Below, in pieces: positions 59,244-64,000 of a stretch of DNA of 64,000 nucleotides (positions are counted from its first letter, which is position 1; the number at the start of each line of letters is the position of its first letter). The stretch covers positions 62,001-126,000 of the forward strand of contig NW_027191462.1 in the NCBI RefSeq assembly GCF_011745625.1, in the 5' to 3' direction. The translations under genes were made by a program, and so were the position numbers. Under the pieces are notes generated by a model. That model was not told the origin of the DNA. It worked only from the letters and a program-made list of their open reading frames with translations, and did not search any database. The stretch is from Cladosporium halotolerans. Lineage: Eukaryota.

Positions 59244-61934
59244 CTATTCGTCGGCCGCCATCCAATCGCCCGTGTCAATGGCTCCCGGCTGATCGACGAA
59301 GAGCTCGACACCAAACGTCTCTTCAGGCACCTGAGAGTGTGCGTACATTCTCTCCAACACAAGCCATATGTCGCCATGGCGCCTTGCGTTGGGATCGATG
59401 TCGAGATCATCGGTCTGTATGCCGCCCGCGCTGCCGTCAGAATACTCACCTCCACCCGAAGAGGTCAGCGAACGCTTATGGGGACCGCGTCCAACTTCGA
59501 TGGACAAGCGGATCAATGAAGTACGGGTAGACGAGCCAGGCAAACGAGAACCAGAGGGAAGAGCGACTGCGTAAAGCTTCAATAGACGTTGAGGCATGAG
59601 AGGAATAGCGATTCGGTTGTTGTCGCGTTTGAAGCTGGCAGGCCGTAGTTCCAGTCTTAAACGTCCCGCGCCTTCCCGAGGTAAGAGAGCAAGACGGACT
59701 GGGGACGTGGACTCCGCAAGCAGGTTGAAGCTGCTCAGCTGGTCGGGCTCGAAGGTACTACAGATAATGGTGTATTTTCCAGCTTCGACGTGGCCGGCTT
59801 CGGCGATGCAGCTTCGTCGCCGGTAATCCTTGCTATCCGCCACAATGTCTCTGGCGCGTATGGCTCTCACTCGCTGACCATAACCATGCACGAGTTTGAA
59901 GTGAACATTCAGAGCGTCGTTATCGGCCTCGAGAAGGAGACTGATTGATGTTTTCTTGGTGACCTCGATGGAAAATTGAGGGTTCTTGGAGTAAGTCGGG
60001 CTATGTGCGTTACCGCCGGCAGTGTCTTTCGTCCATGACCCCTGGATACTAGTGTTGCAAGGGTAGCGTTCCGGAGCTTCGACCAGGCTGAACGGCGAAT
60101 CACTCCAGGCGCTGATTGTGAACGTAAGTTTTCTTGGTGGAAGCTCTTGCTCTCCCGGTATGACGGTGATGGGCTTCCCTGGCTCGCACGACTCCAGCTT
60201 GAGCAGGTTTTGAGGACTGTCGACAAAGTTCGACTTTTCGATCGCTCTTTCCGCGAGCAGCAATCGATTGCCTCTTGAGTTGAAAGCGTGCAATGCGATG
60301 AATCCTCTAAAATCGATGTCCTGACGCTGCGTCCCATCCTGGCCGGGATTTTCTTCACCTTGGAAATGCCTACAAAGGAGAAGCCATACGGTACCGCGCT
60401 TTTGTGTGGTCACAACGAACTGAGGATGCGCTTTGAGGCTAGCAAATCTTCTGCACGCTGCTGCCGGGTCTGAAAGATCCCAGACAAAGTGTATGTCCTG
60501 CCGGTGCGAGAAGATCCCTGGGTTCCAGTTCAAGTAGATTGATTCAAAGTTTTGTATGACATTGTCAAGATCCATCCAGAATGTGCCTGGCGACAAATTA
60601 TCATCTGCGTTGAGAAGATCTCGCGATGATTGGACTGGTTCCTCGTCTTCCAGAGGCTCAGTCTCGTCACTCCCGTCTTCTGAGACGTACGAAGATTCCT
60701 TGAACCGGCCACGCCAGCTTGTTCCTTCGCACCAAGGGTTCTTGATCAAGAAAAGTCGTTGCCCGTCCACTTCGCGCACGTCAAGCACTGCATAATCGTG
60801 CTGACCAGCGAGACCGATCTCTCTCTCAGCCCTGGGAGAAATCTTGCCTGTCCCCATCGTAACCATGACGTCTCCGTAAGTGAAGGCATTCAATGTACGT
60901 CTCCAGAATGTATCAGGTTCCAGGTCGTCAGACTGGACGAAGACCTGCTCAGGGATCCAACCACTGAGTATCCAAAGATCTGTGGCACTATTGCTACCGG
61001 GAAAGTCGTAGCCGCCGCGGACTTTCAAGTAGGCCTTTTCCAGAAGAGCGGGCCAGAGAAGGCCGGGGTTGCGTCGGTCGACAACGTGGATGACTCGATT
61101 TGTCTTACTGGTAGGAAGGGTATCGTCTATGACCACCTTCCTATAGCATCCGTTGAAGTTCAGACGCACAATGTACTTCCCATTTTCAGACATGCGAGGG
61201 CGTCCATTCTCAATGTCGTAGGGGTGAAGTACAGAGCGCATTATTTTCGCGTGACTGCGCTCGGCCCTTGCCACACCCGCGCATAACGAAGCAACAACAG
61301 AGCAATCTGTAGCAGCATCTTGCACAATATCGACCTTCTTCGAATATTCCATGCTAGGACCTGGGCTGACATCGTCATCGGTCAACCATGCTGGAGGAGG
61401 CAAGGCTTCGGATGGACGTTTCCAACCGTCAAACACGTCCCATTGGAAATCGGAAAGACCAAGCTCAACCGCATCTGAAAAGAGCTCCTCCCCAGCTCTG
61501 AGCATAAATTCATCGGCGTCTGGCTCGCCCGTCCAAGGCGGAAATTTGAGTCCGTTGAGCATGCTTGCCCTCAGAAGCAGGATCTGCTCCGACTTGGGAA
61601 GCGTTCGCGCATTTTGGGGCTCCTTAAGCTCACTGACTTCGATAAAGGCATCTCGGCCGCTCGGATCATGAATCGCAGGTGCATCTTGCTCAAGAGGCCT
61701 CCAATCGCTGTTGGTTTTGATCTGCTCGGCTTCTTGCAACAGCTGCTTGACGCGCCTGGAGAGTTGAGACCGATCGATCGGATTATCGGCGAGCTTCAAT
61801 GCTCGCATGGAAGTGTCGACTGCATTGATGGCATGCTCCAGAGCCTCACCTCTGCTTTTGGAACGCACTAGCTTCAACGAGAGCTCGTCGGCATCCTGGC
61901 GCAGAGAGTCCAGATCAGCGGGCGTCAGGCTCAT
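59244..61934 (-). CDS. palB: Calpain-like signalling protease PalB/Rim13
   Basis: N-terminal MIT-like helices. Catalytic triad in QDAATDCSVVASL, GQHDYAV and IKNPW. Also LLEKAYLK and a C2-like domain TAGGN...NPQF. The start may instead be the upstream ATG at 61958. Confidence 0.92.
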   Translation of the reverse strand: MSLTPADLDSLRQDADELSLKLVRSKSRGEALEHAINAVDTSMRALKLADNPIDRSQLSRRVKQLLQEAEQIKTNSDWRPLEQDAPAIHDPSGRDAFIEVSELKEPQNARTLPKSEQILLLRASMLNGLKFPPWTGEPDADEFMLRAGEELFSDAVELGLSDFQWDVFDGWKRPSEALPPPAWLTDDDVSPGPSMEYSKKVDIVQDAATDCSVVASLCAGVARAERSHAKIMRSVLHPYDIENGRPRMSENGKYIVRLNFNGCYRKVVIDDTLPTSKTNRVIHVVDRRNPGLLWPALLEKAYLKVRGGYDFPGSNSATDLWILSGWIPEQVFVQSDDLEPDTFWRRTLNAFTYGDVMVTMGTGKISPRAEREIGLAGQHDYAVLDVREVDGQRLFLIKNPWCEGTSWRGRFKESSYVSEDGSDETEPLEDEEPVQSSRDLLNADDNLSPGTFWMDLDNVIQNFESIYLNWNPGIFSHRQDIHFVWDLSDPAAACRRFASLKAHPQFVVTTQKRGTVWLLLCRHFQGEENPGQDGTQRQDIDFRGFIALHAFNSRGNRLLLAERAIEKSNFVDSPQNLLKLESCEPGKPITVIPGEQELPPRKLTFTISAWSDSPFSLVEAPERYPCNTSIQGSWTKDTAGGNAHSPTYSKNPQFSIEVTKKTSISLLLEADNDALNVHFKLVHGYGQRVRAIRARDIVADSKDYRRRSCIAEAGHVEAGKYTIICSTFEPDQLSSFNLLAESTSPVRLALLPREGAGRLRLELRPASFKRDNNRIAIPLMPQRLLKLYAVALPSGSRLPGSSTRTSLIRLSIEVGRGPHKRSLTSSGGGEYSDGSAGGIQTDDLDIDPNARRHGDIWLVLERMYAHSQVPEETFGVELFVDQPGAIDTGDWMAADE

Positions 61935-62178
61935 GGAAGGCGGTGGCTGCACGCGCAAGCATAATCCAGACAGCGGAGTTCGTGTTTGTGTACACGTGCA
62001 TGCATGTCACATATCATATAGTAGCGCCGCGGCGCATGTGAAGTCATCGGAGTCTCTCGGCGAGGGTGGGTCTCGAGACTCGCCCGCTCTTTTGGGGCAG
62101 TCGAGCGAACTGTAAGGAGAGGGAAACTATGGCCCCGCACTCTCAATTCTGGCAGCGTTTTCGGCCCGCCCTTCCGCG

Positions 62179-62206
62179 ACGCGTCCAAGTCGAGGTCCAG
62201 GCGCGT
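62179..62206. promoter_or_regulatory. MCB-like (ACGCGT) G1/S elements upstream of EXO1
   Basis: ACGCGT at 62179-62184 and GCGCGT at 62201-62206, about 200 bp before the EXO1 ATG. Confidence 0.5.
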
Positions 62207-62381
62207 CTTGAGCTTCTTGCAACGCTCAGCAGAGGCCGTCTTGTTTTGACATAGACGATACACGAGTCGGGTTTCCGTCGTTCGAGTTGCCTTCTGCTTC
62301 AGGATTGAAATGACCGGACGGTTCACGTGAGCAGCGGAGATCTGGCATAATCGCCAGCGCCCCATTAAGGCGGCCGCAGAC

Positions 62382-64000
62382 ATGGGCATACAAGGTACGT
62401 ACCGCACGTGCCTGATCATGTTATGATACTGACAGTCGCAGGGTTACTGCCTCTCCTCAAGAGTATCCAGAAACCCACTCACCTTCGCAACTTCGCCGGC
62501 AAAACAATTGGAATCGACGCCTATGGCTGGCTCCATCGTGGCACGGTCGCCTGTGCTATCGACCTTGCCCAGGGCAAGCCGACTAGGAAATATGTCGATT
62601 TCGCCATGAATCGTGTCCGCATGCTCATCCACTTCGGAGTAAAACCATACCTGGTATTCGATGGAGACTACCTACCGAGCAAAGCCCATACCGAGAAAGA
62701 TCGAGCGGCGCGGCGGAAAGAGAGTAGGAGAACAGGGCTGCAGCTGTTACAAGCCGGCAAGACTTCCCAAGCACAGCTGGAGCTACAGAAGGCTGTGGAC
62801 GTGACACCACTCATGGCCCGTGAATTGATCGAGGAGCTGAAGGCTGCCGGCATTCCTTACGTTGTCGCACCTTACGAAGCAGACAGTCAACTCACCTACT
62901 TGGAGCAGCAGGGCTTGATCCAAGGCGTATTGAGCGAGGACTCTGATCTTCTCGTGTTTGGCGTTCGCTGCTTGTTGACCAAGCTTGACCAATACGGTGA
63001 ATGTGTGATGATCAGGCGAGACGATTTCACCGCCTGCCGTGAGGTGAGCCTTGTCGGTTGGAAGCTCCACGAATTCCGTATGATGGCCATGCTGTCTGGG
63101 TGTGACTATCTCCCTGGTATCGACAAGATGGGTCTCAAAACCGCTTATCGGCTTGTCCGCAAACACAAGACTGTTGACCGTGTCATTCGAACCGTTCAAT
63201 TTGACGGCAAGATGAAGATTCCTGCCGGCTACCTGGAATCATTCGCAAAGGCCGAACAAACTTTCTTGTACCAATGGGTATTTTGCCCGGAAGCAAAGTG
63301 CCTCGTCAACCTTACAAAGGTCCCACCACAACTAGAAATAGACGGCATGCCTTTTATCGGCAAACCCGTGGATCCCGGTGTAGCATGCGGCGTCGCAGCT
63401 GGAGATCTGGACCCGAACACCAAACTCCCCTTGGTGTTACCACATCGACAAAACGTTGTACCAAGAAGGATTACCAGCATTCAAACTCCAAACGAGAAGC
63501 AAGGGAAAACCATAGCAGAGTTCTTCAAAGCACGTCGGACACCCTTAGCTGAGCTTGACCCGAATTCATTCACACCTTCGCCCAGCCAGCGTCGCTTGCT
63601 GGAAGCCCAACCAAACACGTCTTGGTCCGCGTCACAGCTCCCTGCCATGCGTCCGCCTGCAGTGAGCCGTGTAGCAAGCATGCCCGCGCCATCCTCAGCT
63701 CCGCAGCCAACAAGACGTACTGTCAGTGCCCAGTTTCCTAGCGCCGGCAGCCCTCCGAAGAGACAGCGATTGTGTTCAGACAGCAGCGCATTAGCCGGCA
63801 CCACTGGTAAATCTATCAAAGACGGATCAACCAGCCGATTCTTCGGCGCCAGCCCATCTCTGCGCAAGGCTTCATCTAAGAAGGACGAGTTCGAGCTGTG
63901 GTCAGATGATTCGGCGCACGATGCTATGGCGGCACTTGCTGATACACCAGCGCATTCCCCATCACCAAAGAAACGGAAGAGGCTGTCGGTGTATTCAGAC
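62382..64000 (+). CDS. EXO1: Exonuclease 1 (XPG/Rad2 family), 3'-partial
   Basis: MGIQ|intron 62395-62441|GLLPLLKSI...GIDAYGWLHRG...LVFDGD.LPSK..TE...VAPYEADSQL...SEDSDLLVFG...SGCDYL. The frame runs off the window end, so it is absent from the ORF track. Confidence 0.95.

Overview
This is eukaryotic DNA from a filamentous ascomycete (Pezizomycotina, probably a Dothideomycete). It has short GT-AG introns with CTRAC/CTAAC branch points and GC-rich codon usage. I find about 25 protein-coding genes. The core genes are SPT10-like HAT, eIF3e, mitochondrial mL49/Img2, ApsB/Mto1, an OSBP-like protein, AMMECR1, FKS1, a GH72 GEL/GAS, PalB and EXO1. An accessory-looking block at about 26.5-45.2 kb holds an SDR, an intron-containing tRNA-Leu(AAG), a siderophore transporter, an M28 aminopeptidase, an epimerase, an amino acid permease, a PTH11-like receptor, an epoxide hydrolase and DppV. 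I see no transposase, CRISPR or rRNA. The most interesting unexplained structures are: (1) a splice-created 6-codon uORF in the FKS1 leader, in frame with FKS1 and separated from it by one TAA; (2) FKS1 head-to-head with a glucan-elongating GEL gene; (3) a ~300 bp diverged tandem duplication with perfectly conserved islands, in a 5 kb gene-free region upstream of a transcription-factor-like protein of unknown function; (4) recurrent, orientation-independent C/A-rich to G/T-rich skew switches; (5) a small gene or pseudogene with an AT-type donor and two tandem acceptors. All calls come from reading the sequence; no searches were run.
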